DNA of 64,000 nt, from NCBI GenBank assembly GCA_951406725.2, contig OX597837.1, forward strand, positions 806,001-870,000, written 5' to 3'. Both the position numbers and the translations under genes were made by a program. The DNA is from Octopus vulgaris (Eukaryota). The first letter of the stretch is position 1, and each line of letters opens with the position of its first letter. The notes below the pieces were generated by a model, which was not told the origin of the DNA, searched no databases, and was given only the letters and a program-made list of their open reading frames with translations. Shown piece after piece: positions 42,125-56,489 of the stretch.

Positions 42125-42196
42125 CCAGGGCTGTTCTATGCTGGGGAGGCGACGGTGATGGTGAGGAAGGCTCAGTTTACCAGGACGGATCTCGCT
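42125..42196 (+). CDS. Internal coding exon, 72 nt, PGLFYAGEATVMVRKAQFTRTDLA (probable exon 2 of the 19343 gene)
   Basis: Long polypyrimidine tract plus CTGTAG acceptor, GCT|GTATGT donor, GC-rich non-repetitive island. Phase 0-0, so it joins the 19343-19921 exon in frame. Confidence 0.7.
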
Positions 42197-42294
42197 GTAT
42201 GTGTAGATGTTTGATTCACTGAGTGTGCGTGTGCGTTATATGCAGTGTGTGTGTGCGTTCTTATGTATGTATGCGATGTAGGTGTATGCGAGTA

Positions 42295-42357
<63 letters not shown>

Positions 42358-42358
42358 G

Positions 42359-42409
<51 letters not shown>

Positions 42410-43696
42410 CTCTGTCTATCTCTATCTGTCTCCCTCTCTCTCTCTATCTGTCTCTCTCTCACTCTCTATCTGTCTCCCCCTCTCTCTCTCTGTCTCTCTC
42501 TCTCCCTGTCTGTTTCTCTCTCTATCTCTCCTTGTCTGTTTCTCTCTCTCTCTCTCCCTCTATGTGTAGATGGAAAGATAGATAGATAGGTAGGTAAACT
42601 TAATGCGTGTCTCTTCTTATTTCTGTTTCGTTTGGAACAATTGACTTCTCTCATCCGCAAATAAAATTATCTCGGTGTCTTTACTTATGGTGTCGTGTTC
42701 GATATCCACTTCCACACGGGGACTTCCTCGCCCCTCACAAACAGCTAAAGGACTAAAGAATCTTATCCAGGATGAAGATGCTCTCGCATCCTGCTTAGCA
42801 TACAAATGATCTTTCTGATCTCTCCTCATGCTAACATTTTACATACAAAAACCATTATGAAGTTGGGGCTAGACACGCGTTGTTGTTTAGCTCTGGGTTG
42901 GAAGCCTGATTGAACCAACCGACATGTGATCAATGTTATGCCCAGCTGTAGCCATCTCATCCTTTTTAAAAATATTGCTATGATTACATCATACAATATG
43001 TCACATTTGGGGACTATAAGGTTGAAATTTGAAAATTAGGTTGCTATTTCTAGCCTGTTCAGTAACCATGTAGAAGTTTACACTTTCAGTATCCCTGGAC
43101 TTGATAGATAGCTAGGCATATAGACAAATAATAGATCGATAGTTGGAGAGATAGACAGACAATATAGTTAAATGAACTGATTGATAGACGGAGAGAGAAA
43201 AATAGAGACAAATATAGAAAAAGATATATAGACAGATATGTCTGCACAGATAGATAAATAGAAAGATAGATGGAGAGATAGGCTGAGAAATGATTTTCAA
43301 ATATGAGAACACTGTTTATAAACAAACTTCGAAGCGCTGAGCGATTTGGTATTTTACAGAAAATATATTTCGAACGCAGGGAATCGAAACTTGTATCCCT
43401 CAAACTCCGGCTGTTCGCGCAGCTATTCTGCATTCGAGATTTTCTTTATTTTCAGTAAAATAAACATATAAGAGGAACAGATATACGGATATATACATAA
43501 AATGGATGGATAAATGGAAGCGATGGAGAATGTGGATAAATGTAATCGACGGAGAGACAGATGGGTGAAGAGTTAGAGAGGGAGAGGTCGGCAGAGGGAT
43601 TGATAGAGAGACAGGCAGATCGATGGACGACGGATGAGGAGACGGGCATGGCTAGCTGGATACACAGATAAATAAAGCGGCAACTGGAGAGATAGA

Positions 43697-43837
<141 letters not shown>

Positions 43838-43845
43838 TACACACA

Positions 43846-43894
<49 letters not shown>

Positions 43895-43994
43895 GGAAAG
43901 ATAAAGATAGTTTGAGGAAAAAACTGAAAGAAGTTGAAATAGAAGTCCTGTTGTGTATTTTCGTTTACCTGTATGCGTGCGCACAATGACGTCA

Positions 43995-44745
43995 GTATGT
44001 ATGTATGTACGGATGTAGTACCTGTGCGGACATGTGTGTGTGTGTGTGTATGTACGTACAGATGTGTATGTGTGTGTGTATGTATGCATGTATGTACGGA
44101 TGTAGTACGTGTGCGGATATGTGTGTGTGTGTGTGTATGTACATACAGATGTGTATGTGTGTGTGTATGTATGCATGTATGTACGGATGTAGTACGTGTG
44201 CGGATATGTGTGTGTGTGTATGTATGTACGTACAGATGTGTATGTATGCATGTATGTACGGATGTAGTACGTGTGCGGATATGTGTGTGTGTGTGTGTAT
44301 GTACATACAGATGTGTATGTGTGTGTGTATGTATGCATGTATGTACGGATGTAGTACCTGTGCGGATATGTGTGTGTGTGTGTGTATGTACGTACAGATG
44401 TGTATGTGTGTGTGTATGTATGCATGTATGTACGGATGTAGTACCTGTGCGGATATGTGTGTGTATGTGTATGTACGTACAGATGTGTATGTGTGTGTGT
44501 ATGTATGCATGTATGTACGGATGTAGTACGTGTGCGGATATGTGTGTGTGTGTGTGTATGTACATACAGATGTGTATGTGTGTGTGTATGCATGTATGTA
44601 CGGATGTAGTACGTGTGCGGATATGTGTGTGTGTGTGTGTATGTACATACAGATGTGTATGTGTGTGTGTATGTATGCATGTATGTACGGATGTACGTGT
44701 GTGTGTGTATGTATGCATGTATGTACGGATGTACGTGTGTGTGTG
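43995..44745. repeat. Minisatellite with 75-87 nt unit, about 8-9 copies (also about 53655-54405 and 56590-57345)
   Basis: Anchor GTACGGATGTA recurs at 44007, 44094, 44181, 44256, 44343, 44430, 44515, 44598 and 44685. Confidence 0.9.
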
Positions 44746-45231
44746 TCTGTTATGTACGTACGTATGTGTGTATGTTTACGCTTGTATAATTGTACGTATG
44801 TTGACAGGTATTTGTGTGCGTACATTGGTATCATTAAATCAGTGTGTGTGTGTGTGTGTGTAATTACACACACACACACACACACACGGGACACACAATG
44901 TTCGTATTGTATGACAGCAGGTGTGTGAGTGCGTTTTACTGTACATGTGTGTGTGTTTATGTACACACGTATCTTTGCATGTATTTATGTATGCGGATAT
45001 ATGCATGGAGGTCTGCATGTTATCGATGTGCCTGCTTCTGTGTGTACGCGTGTGTGTTACTATTCACGTTAGATCGATATCCTTCAACACACCGTGTGGG
45101 TTCGTGCGAGCGTGTATATTGCCTTCTTGCCGGTACCTGTTTGTATCTCTGTCTGTATAAATATATATACTATGGATTAGCATACGTGTCTATACACGGT
45201 TCCATTGTATCTATGAATGTAGGCACTTACG

Positions 45232-45270
<39 letters not shown>

Positions 45271-45525
45271 ATGCAAGTATACAAACGTCCCTGTATGTAA
45301 TTCATTGTGCATGGCCATATGTTTCTATATGTTAGATAAAGCGGCGAGCTGGCAGAATCGTTAGCACGCCGGATAAAATGTTTAGCGGATTTCTTCCGCT
45401 TCTTTACATTCTGAGATCAAATTCCGCTGAGGTCGAATTTACCTTTCATCCTTTCGAGGATCGATGAAACCAGTACCAGTTTCGCACTGGGGTCGATGTA
45501 ACTGACTAGCTCCCTCCCCACAAAA

Positions 45526-45625
45526 NNNNNNNNNNNNNNNNNNNNNNNNNNNNNNNNNNNNNNNNNNNNNNNNNNNNNNNNNNNNNNNNNNNNNNNNNNN
45601 NNNNNNNNNNNNNNNNNNNNNNNNN
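45526..45625. other. Scaffold gap of 100 N
   Basis: Run of n characters. Confidence 1.
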
Positions 45626-45796
45626 TATGCATAAATGCAAAATCCAGCTAAGAGGTCTGTGCATGAGACAGGTGCATCCAAGATGCAATCCGTTTAATTG
45701 CGACTCGCAGTTGAGACGTATGATGCGAAAGGATGGTGGTGCTGTCTTTAGAAAACCGGTGTTTTTCATGCATACGTGTTTATAACTATATATATA

Positions 45797-45833
<37 letters not shown>

Positions 45834-46769
45834 GAGGTGTGTGTTTGCATTTGTTTCCATTTGAGAAGTGGAATTTTAAGTTCGGTAGTGTAAGTAGCAA
45901 ATAAGACTTGGAACAACTACGGTGGGGTCGATTTGACAGATGAACCTTTTCGATACGGTGCCCCAGCATGGCCACTGTCCAAAGAAAACTCAAAGCAGTA
46001 AGAGAATAAAAGACAAATAAATAAATAAATAAAAAGACCTTATTTTCTTAAGGGCTAATTATTTAAGACAATTAGTTATTTAAGATTAAGTAATTTAAGT
46101 TTATATCAATGGCATGATATTTTGGCGGATTTTGGGAGTTTGTTCTCATAGGAAAGTTACGGTTAAGTAGGGGGGGGGGGGGGTAGGCAAAAATCTAAAA
46201 GTTTGAGATTTTGGAAAAGAAATTTTGTCAAAATCATAATTTTTGTATAAAACCCAGGAATATTAAAAAGTCAAAATACAAAACTTTCCATCTCCATGTG
46301 GTATGGGACTTCGAAAGCGAAATTTCACCTTTATAAAAATGTAGGCTTCCTTTTACCAATTCCAAACTAATTTCAGGTTTAATTATTGAAATTCTGAGAC
46401 TTGTTGGTAGAATAGTCACCTCGTTGATACTTAACGCTATTCCGTGGACCTTTGCGTCCTCAGTTCATGTTTCGCCGAGTGCCTTATACTTTCTCTTCTC
46501 GGGATCCATAAAGTAATGTACCAGTCTTGTTGTGAGGCAGAAAGAACTGACCCTTATCTAAGCCCCGACTTTGTGGCTTCCTTCTTCTGCTAGAAATAGT
46601 ATTTTCTCGAAAAGATACAGCAAAGGAGAAAAAAAAGCCTTTGCTGTATCTTGCCGTCCTCTGCATTCTCAGTTCGAATCGCGTTGGGAACTTTATTAGA
46701 AACTATTCTTCATCTATTCACAATATTTTCATAATGGTTGTATATATTCACATATGCGGAGATGACGCT

Positions 46770-46803
<34 letters not shown>

Positions 46804-46842
46804 TTAAATCCATGCATGTATAAGGCCATGCATATTTATATC

Positions 46843-46881
<39 letters not shown>

Positions 46882-46924
46882 TTTTTACCTATATATATAT
46901 ATATACATACGCTTTTTACTCTAC

Positions 46925-46968
<44 letters not shown>

Positions 46969-47055
46969 GCGTATGTATATATATATATATATATATAGGT
47001 AAAAGCATATATATATATATATATACCGATATAATATATAAAGTGTGTGTGTGTG

Positions 47056-47086
<31 letters not shown>

Positions 47087-48186
47087 TTTTTATCTATATA
47101 TATATGTATGTATATACACGCTTTTTACCTATATATATATACGCTTTTTACCTATATATATATATATATATATATGCACAGACGCACACACGCTTTTTAC
47201 TTATACAGAGACTGTCACAAAGATGGACGCACAACTGCCTCATGCACACACACACTCACACACCTGCGCGTGTATGTGAGTATATATTGTGTTGTCGCTT
47301 CATCTCCACTTCTGCCCCCTTCTCGCTGCTGGTTCGTCAAGTTTGTTGAATCAAGTCTTCCCCTGGTCAGTCAGTCATTGGAGCGTGACCCAGCATTTGC
47401 TCACCCGGTCATCTTGCAATTGATGGCATACATCCCCCCCATACACATTATACATATTTATATAGGTGTGTGTGTGTGTATTTGTGTATATATAACATTT
47501 AATTTACCATCATTAGACTTCCGGCCAAGCCGGAGCACCACACAGTTGAAATCTTTCTTTGCGTTTTTCCCGCATAGCCAACATTGAACAAACACATTTA
47601 CATTAACCAATGTATTGAGTCCTACCACAGAAAGTCTTTGCACTTATACATCGCTACTATATTCATTGCTGGCTGAATCGTTAGCATGCCGGGGAAAATG
47701 CTTAGCGGCATTTCGTCCGTCTTTACGTTCTGAGTTCAAATTCCGCCACCGACGACGACTTGGCCTTTCATCCTTTCATCTTGTCGATAAAATAAGCAGA
47801 GTTTTAGTACCAGGGTCCATGTAATCGACTTCCCCACACCATCGACCTTGGCCCAAAGTTTGAACCCCAATATACTCTACTACACTCACATTGCAATAGG
47901 TATACACTGTGAATACATAAATATACACATAAGGACAGATATGCAAGTGTCTGGGGGGGGGGGTGTATGTATATGCAAGTGATTGTGTGTGGATATATGC
48001 AAGTGTGTATATATATATGCATGTATGTATGTATCTGTACATGTTCATGTATACATGAGTGCCTCACTCAATTGATGCTGTTCGTGTGTATGCATTTGTA
48101 TTCGGTTAAGATGACTATGCCGTGGTAAGGTAGCACGACGATGCGTGCGGTCTGTGTGTGTGTGTTTCTGTTACACACACGCACAT

Positions 48187-48223
<37 letters not shown>

Positions 48224-48611
48224 ATATACATACAATCTCTCACTGATTATCGAATGAAGAAATTTGACCATCCTGCCAGTTGGGATAACAACTCTTTATG
48301 TGTTGTAGCTGTTTTTTAAATACACACACACACACACACACATACAGCACAAGGGACGCGTGTGTAGTTATATACCGATATGTTCATATGTATGTATATA
48401 TGCGTATAAATATACTTATCTTTATATGAGTACATATATAGTTTTTTTTAAAAAAAGTTTTAATGTACATACATTTATAAACACGCACAAACATATATAT
48501 CTATATATACATATGTATAAGGATATATATCTTTACATCTTTGTATATTTAAATGTTCATATATATTCATATATATAAACATATATACATACATACATAC
48601 ACATACACACA

Positions 48612-48649
<38 letters not shown>

Positions 48650-48849
48650 CACGCACACACATACACGTGTATATATTTATTCATATCAGTGCGCGCGCTG
48701 AGGTGCATATTTTGTGCCTCTTTAAATGTTCTCAGGTTTGTGTGTGTGTCTTGTTTTAGAATGGTTTAAGACTGCTAAACGCACATAGACACACACACGC
48801 AGTCATTCTTCGATACGTACATACTTTGTACACATTGACACATTAGTAC

Positions 48850-48922
<73 letters not shown>

Positions 48923-49114
48923 AACGAGTCATACATGTACATACACACACACAGATTACACTTGCGGGAAAATTAAAAAACACACTCACAGATACGTCTG
49001 TCCGTCGGTCTCTATGTATGTATGTATGTATGTATGTATGTATGTATGTATGTATGTATGTATGTATGTATGTATGTATGTATGTATGTATACCTATGCA
49101 TCTGTCTGCATGAA

Positions 49115-49181
<67 letters not shown>

Positions 49182-49302
49182 ACATATATGTAACTCATTA
49201 TCTTTGTACATCCCTTTTTATAAATATCTCTCTCTCCGTCTCTCTATCCATCCTTCTTTCTCTCTTTCAATTCCTCTTTCTCGCTATTCATGTGTCTCTC
49301 TA

Positions 49303-49367
<65 letters not shown>

Positions 49368-49765
49368 TTATGTACGTATGTGTACACACAAATACACACA
49401 CATGCGCATCATAACTTGGCGGCTGTGTGTGTGTGTGTGCTGATTGGTTGTATGCTTGTGTGAGTATATAGTTTTACAATTCCATTTAGTTTTTTTTTAA
49501 TCTGCAGACCAGACTTCGAAGCGAAAAAAACTAAAGACAAAATCTCCGATCGATAACGACGACAATCGTATTCTCACCTACCTTCACTGTACTGTTGTGT
49601 ACTGCGAATAATATCGATTGTTATCTATATCGAACTTATATCTATCAATCTATCTATCCGTCTATCCATCCATCTATCCATCCATCTATCTATCTCTCGC
49701 AAAGTAGTAAATTTCCACAGAAATAAATAGAGGTATATAGATATACGTATTTGTGCAGGTGTGTT

Positions 49766-49833
<68 letters not shown>

Positions 49834-50940
49834 TAGATAGATAGATAGATAGATATAGATTCTTTTTGACGAGCCGCTAGTTAACGAGAGGTACACAATC
49901 GCTCGCATAAACATAGATGCCGGGCTTCCACACAGTTTTCGTCTACCAAATTCATTTCCAAAGCATTGCTCAGTTCGAGGTTATAGTAGAGGGCACTTGC
50001 TCAAGTTGCCGCTCAGTAGGAACGAACCCGAAGAAGATGGCTACAGAGCAAACCACAGACATACCTGCACTTCTCGTCAAAACTATGAGACACTTCGCCA
50101 ATATATATTTAACAAGCGTTTAGTTGGTTGGTTAAATATCTAACCAATTGATGAATAATTTACAAAAAAAAAAAATGAAATTGAAACAGTGCGTGTGTTT
50201 ATTATTGGCGTAATGACCCTACCAAGACACAAAAAATCTGTTTTAGTACGAGCATCCGAGTTTAGATCAAGGATCTTGCAAACCAAATACGAACACACAC
50301 ACACACACACATAACGCCGGCATCTCTGAATGGTAAGAAGCTTGCTTCCCAAGCATATGGTTCGAGGTTCAGTCCCACTACTATAGCCTCGGCCCGACCA
50401 AAGCCTTCTGAGTGGATTCTGTCGACGGAAACTGAAAGAAGCACGCCGTGTGTGTGTGTGTGTATTATGAATCTGTGTGTATCATTGTTTGTCACCACCA
50501 CCCTCACTGCTTAACAACCGGCTTTGGTTTGATCACGAGCCCGTAGCTTAGCGGTTCGGTTTGATAAACCGATGAAATCAGTACCAGACTGGAAGAAAAT
50601 ATAAATTACTAAGATTGATTCGTTCAACTAAAATCCTTCAAGATGGTGCCCCAGCATGGCCGCAGTGCAGTGACTGAAACAATGTATGATAAATGTTATG
50701 GAGAAAGACGAGGTTTCCAGCCAACAGCCCTTCTCGCACAACCTGATGGGTCCCTCGACATGCAGCAAAGCTTCTCTCTTCAAGCTCGCTCTAAGGAAAT
50801 CTCTCTTTGTATTTTGATATATTTTATTAAAAGATAAAATTTCTGATTAGTCTTTTATCTTTAATTTGAAACGCTAACGTTCTTCCATATTTTTAATTAA
50901 CGTTCTTCCATAATTTAATAACGATTTAATATGGACGCAG

Positions 50941-51006
<66 letters not shown>

Positions 51007-51198
51007 CACACACACAAATACACATAAGCTAGCACAGGCATATATACGCGCACGTATACATATATCTACAGATTAATTAATTGTGCATGCATATGTGTGT
51101 GTGTGTGTGTTAACATACACACACGCATACTATCTTTATCTCTTTATATCTGTCATTATCTGTTCTTTTCCGTCTGTGTGCACGTGTATATATGTTTC

Positions 51199-51258
<60 letters not shown>

Positions 51259-51779
51259 TGCATCATTCTGTTTATTACCTGACTCTGTGGTTGAATCTCT
51301 GTGTGTGTGTCAATGCGTAACTCCGTATGTGTGTACTTCTATGTATGTATGTATGAATGTATGTATGTATGTATGTATATATATATGTGTGTGTGTGTGT
51401 CTATATATGTGCTTATATCTATCCGTGTGTATGTTTGTATATATCTGTATGTGCCTTTCTGTCTGTCTGTCTCTCTCTCTTGTAACAATCACCAAACTAT
51501 CCCGTTACGCCATCAATAATAATATTCTCCCGTCCTCTTCTCCCAATATCATTTGTTGTTGTTGGAACGTGGAAATGTCACGGATGTGTGACTGTGACAT
51601 CGTTGTGACTGTAACCATGTCACATACACTCATACACTCACGCACAGCGGTAAGTCTGGTGTCACTTTGTAACAGTGAGACCTCCTCACTGAATCCATTT
51701 GTCTGTGTGTTCGTTTCATGTTATACAACCGAACTGCTGTCTTCCCCCCTCTCTCTCCCTCTCTCTCTCTCTTCTGTAG

Positions 51780-51851
51780 CCAGGGCTGTTCTATGCTGGG
51801 GAGGCGACGGTGATGGTGAGGAAGGCTCAGTTTACCAGGACGGATCTCGCT
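51780..51851 (+). CDS. Second identical copy of the 72-nt exon (inside the duplicated segment)
   Basis: Same sequence and splice sites as 42125-42196. Probably the allelic copy. Confidence 0.55.
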
Positions 51852-51949
51852 GTATGTGTAGATGTTTGATTCACTGAGTGTGCGTGTGCGTTATATGCAG
51901 TGTGTGTGTGCGTTCTTATGTATGTATGCGATGTAGGTGTATGCGAGTA

Positions 51950-52008
<59 letters not shown>

Positions 52009-52017
52009 GTCTCTCTG

Positions 52018-52072
<55 letters not shown>

Positions 52073-53362
52073 CTCTGTCTATCTCTATCTGTCTCCCCCT
52101 CTCTCTCTCTATCTGTCTCTCTCTCACTCTCTATCTGTCTCCCTCTCTCTCTCTGTCTCTCTCTCTCCCTGTCTGTTTCTCTCTCTATCTCTCCTTGTCT
52201 GTTTCTCTCTCTCTCTCTCCCTCTATGTGTAGATGGAAAGATAGATAGATAGGTAGGTAAACTTAATGCGTGTCTCTTCTTATTTCTGTTTCGTTTGGAA
52301 CAATTGACTTCTCTCATCCGCAAATAAAATTATCTCGGTGTCTTTACTTATGGTGTCGTGTTCGATATCCACTTCCACACGGGGACTTCCTCGCCCCTCA
52401 CAAACAGCTAAAGGACTAAAGAATCTTATCCAGGATGAAGATGCTCTCGCATCCTGCTTAGCATACAAATGATCTTTCTGATCTCTCCTCATGCTAACAT
52501 TTTACATACAAAAACCATTATGAAGTTGGGGCTAGACACGCGTTGTTGTTTAGCTCTGGGTTGGAAGCCTGATTGAACCAACCGACATGTGATCAATGTT
52601 ATGCCCAGCTGTAGCCATCTCATCCTTTTTAAAAATATTGCTATGATTACATCATACAATATGTCACATTTGGGGACTATAAGGTTGAAATTTGAAAATT
52701 AGGTTGCTATTTCTAGCCTGTTCAGTAACCATGTAGAAGTTTACACTTTCAGTATCCCTGGACTTGATAGATAGCTAGGCATATAGACAAATAATAGATC
52801 GATAGTTGGAGAGATAGACAGACAATATAGTTAAATGAACTGATTGATAGACGGAGAGAGAAAAATAGAGACAAATATAGAAAAAGATATATAGACAGAT
52901 ATGTCTGCACAGATAGATAAATAGAAAGATAGATGGAGAGATAGGCTGAGAAATGATTTTCAAATATGAGAACACTGTTTATAAACAAACTTCGAAGCGC
53001 TGAGCGATTTGGTATTTTACAGAAAATATATTTCGAACGCAGGGAATCGAAACTTGTATCCCTCAAACTCCGGCTGTTCGCGCAGCTATTCTGCATTCGA
53101 GATTTTCTTTATTTTCAGTAAAATAAACATATAAGAGGAACAGATATACGGATATATACATAAAATGGATGGATAAATGGAAGCGATGGAGAATGTGGAT
53201 AAATGTAATCGACGGAGAGACAGATGGGTGAAGAGTTAGAGAGGGAGAGGTCGGCAGAGGGATTGATAGAGAGACAGGCAGATCGATGGACGACGGATGA
53301 GGAGACGGGCATGGCTAGCTGGATACACAGATAAATAAAGCGGCAACTGGAGAGATAGAATT

Positions 53363-53481
<119 letters not shown>

Positions 53482-53494
53482 ACACATACACACA

Positions 53495-53553
<59 letters not shown>

Positions 53554-54893
53554 GGAAAGATAAAGATAGTTTGAGGAAAAAACTGAAAGAAGTTGAAATA
53601 GAAGTCCTGTTGTGTATTTTCGTTTACCTGTATGCGTGCGCACAATGACGTCAGTATGTATGTATGTACGGATGTAGTACCTGTGCGGACATGTGTGTGT
53701 GTGTGTGTGTATGTACGTACAGATGTGTATGTGTGTGTGTATGTATGCATGTATGTACGGATGTAGTACGTGTGCGGATATGTGTGTGTGTGTGTGTATG
53801 TACATACAGATGTGTATGTGTGTGTGTATGTATGCATGTATGTACGGATGTAGTACGTGTGCGGATATGTGTGTGTGTGTATGTATGTACGTACAGATGT
53901 GTATGTATGCATGTATGTACGGATGTAGTACGTGTGCGGATATGTGTGTGTGTGTGTGTATGTACATACAGATGTGTATGTGTGTGTGTATGCATGTATG
54001 TACGGATGTAGTACCTGTGCGGATATGTGTGTGTGTGTGTGTATGTACGTACAGATGTGTATGTGTGTGTGTATGTATGCATGTATGTACGGATGTAGTA
54101 CCTGTGCGGATATGTGTGTGTATGTGTATGTACGTACAGATGTGTATGTGTGTGTGTATGTATGCATGTATGTACGGATGTAGTACGTGTGCGGATATGT
54201 GTGTGTGTGTGTGTATGTACATACAGATGTGTATGTGTGTGTGTATGCATGTATGTACGGATGTAGTACGTGTGCGGATATGTGTGTGTGTGTGTGTATG
54301 TACATACAGATGTGTATGTGTGTGTGTATGTATGCATGTATGTACGGATGTACGTGTGTGTGTGTATGTATGCATGTATGTACGGATGTACGTGTGTGTG
54401 TGTCTGTTATGTACGTACGTATGTGTGTATGTTTACGCTTGTATAATTGTACGTATGTTGACAGGTATTTGTGTGCGTACATTGGTATCATTAAATCAGT
54501 GTGTGTGTGTGTGTGTGTGTGTAATTACACACACACACACACACACGCAGGGACACACAATGTTCGTATTGTATGACAGCAGGTGTGTGAGTGCGTTTTA
54601 CTGTACATGTGTGTGTGTTTATGTACACACGTATCTTTGCATGTATTTATGTATGCGGATATATGCATGGAGGTCTGCATGTTATCGATGTGCCTGCTTC
54701 TGTGTGTACGCGTGTGTGTTACTATTCACGTTAGATCGATATCCTTCAACACACCGTGTGGGTTCGTGCGAGCGTGTATATTGCCTTCTTGCCGGTACCT
54801 GTTTGTATCTCTGTCTGTATAAATATATATACTATGGATTAGCATACGTGTCTATACACGGTTCCATTGTATCTATGAATGTAGGCACTTACG

Positions 54894-54932
<39 letters not shown>

Positions 54933-55000
54933 ATGCAAGTATACAAACGTCCCTGTATGTAATTCATTGTGCATGGCCATATGTTTCTATATGTTAGATA

Positions 55001-55245
55001 AAGCGGCGAGCTGGCAGAATCGTTAGCACGCCGGATAAAATGTTTAGCGGATTTCTTCCGCTTCTTTACATTCTGAGATCAAATTCCGCTGAGGTCGAAT
55101 TTACCTTTCATCCTTTCGAGGATCGATGAAACCAGTACCAGTTTCGCACTGGGGTCGATGTAACTGACTAGCTCCCTCCCCACAAAAATTTCAGGCTTTG
55201 TGCCTTTAGTAGAAAGAATTATTATTATTATTATTATTATTATTA

Positions 55246-55303
<58 letters not shown>

Positions 55304-55520
55304 GGTGGCGAGCTGGCAGATTCATTAGCACGCCAGACATTACACATTGCGGCATTTAATCCGTCTTTACGTTCCGAGTTCAAATTCCGCCGAGATCGGC
55401 TTTTCCTTTCATCATTTCTGGGCGGATAAGATATGTAACGGTTGAGCACCGGAGTCGATATAATCAACTTACCACCCAACTCCCAGATATTGCTGGCCTT
55501 GTGCTAAAATATGAAACCAA
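55001..55520 (+). mobile_element. Two Meta-like SINE monomers separated by (ATT)n (copies at 45339-45525 and about 57944-58460)
   Basis: GGCGAGCTGGCAGA heads at about 55005 and 55307. Confidence 0.75.
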
Positions 55521-55734
55521 TACGCGTGTGTGTGTATCTAAGATTGCGTGCTAATATACAATGGTGGCTGTGTGGTAAGTAGTTTGCTTATGCACCACAT
55601 AATTCCGGGTTCAGTCCCACAGCGTGGCACCTTGGGTTAGTGTCTTCTATTATAGCCTCGGGCCGACAAAAGCCTTGTGAGTGGATTTGGTAGACGAAAA
55701 GTGAAAGAAAACCCGTCGTATATATGTATTTATA

Positions 55735-55779
<45 letters not shown>

Positions 55780-55804
55780 TAAAACAGATTAGGAGATCGA
55801 AAAT

Positions 55805-55847
55805 CCACCTGACGAATGTCATTGAAGAAATGAAACGATTGTAGTGG
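55805..55847 (+). ncRNA. Minimal type I hammerhead ribozyme (Penelope-like element type)
   Basis: CCAC-CTGACGA-ATGTC(ATTGAA)GAAAT-GAAA-C(GATT)G-TA-GTGG. Intact CUGANGA and GAAA core, stem I CCAC/GTGG, stem II 4 of 5 bp, minimal stem III, GUA cleavage triplet. Confidence 0.7.
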
Positions 55848-56290
55848 CGGTTTATTTCTTTATATTAAAAATTTTTATGTATTGATTAAGTCTTTCCTTG
55901 TTTGTTTTGCAAAATAATGGTTTTGTCTCGAGCGATTTGGTATTTTACAGAAAATATATTTCGAACGCAGGGAATCGAAACTTGTATCCCTCAAACTCCG
56001 GCTGTTCGCGCAGCTATTCTGCATTCGAGATTTTCTTTATTTTCAGTAAAATAAACATATAAGAGGAACAGATATACGGATATATACATAAAATGGATGG
56101 ATAAATGGAAGCGATGGAGAATGTGGATAAATGTAATCGACGGAGAGACAGATGGGTGAAGAGTTAGAGAGGGAGAGGTCGGCAGAGGGATTGATAGAGA
56201 GACAGGCAGATCGATGGACGACGGATGAGGAGACGGGCATGGCTAGCTGGATACACAGATAAATAAAGCGGCAACTGGAGAGATAGAATT

Positions 56291-56489
<199 letters not shown>

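Noticed and set aside
43995-44745. CRISPR-like periodic array
   Set aside because: The intervening sequences are near-identical microsatellite, not unique spacers. Eukaryotic context and no cas genes.
51780-51851. Mutually exclusive duplicated exon system
   Set aside because: Identical to 42125-42196 and inside a gap-flanking duplication that is best explained as a haplotype artefact.
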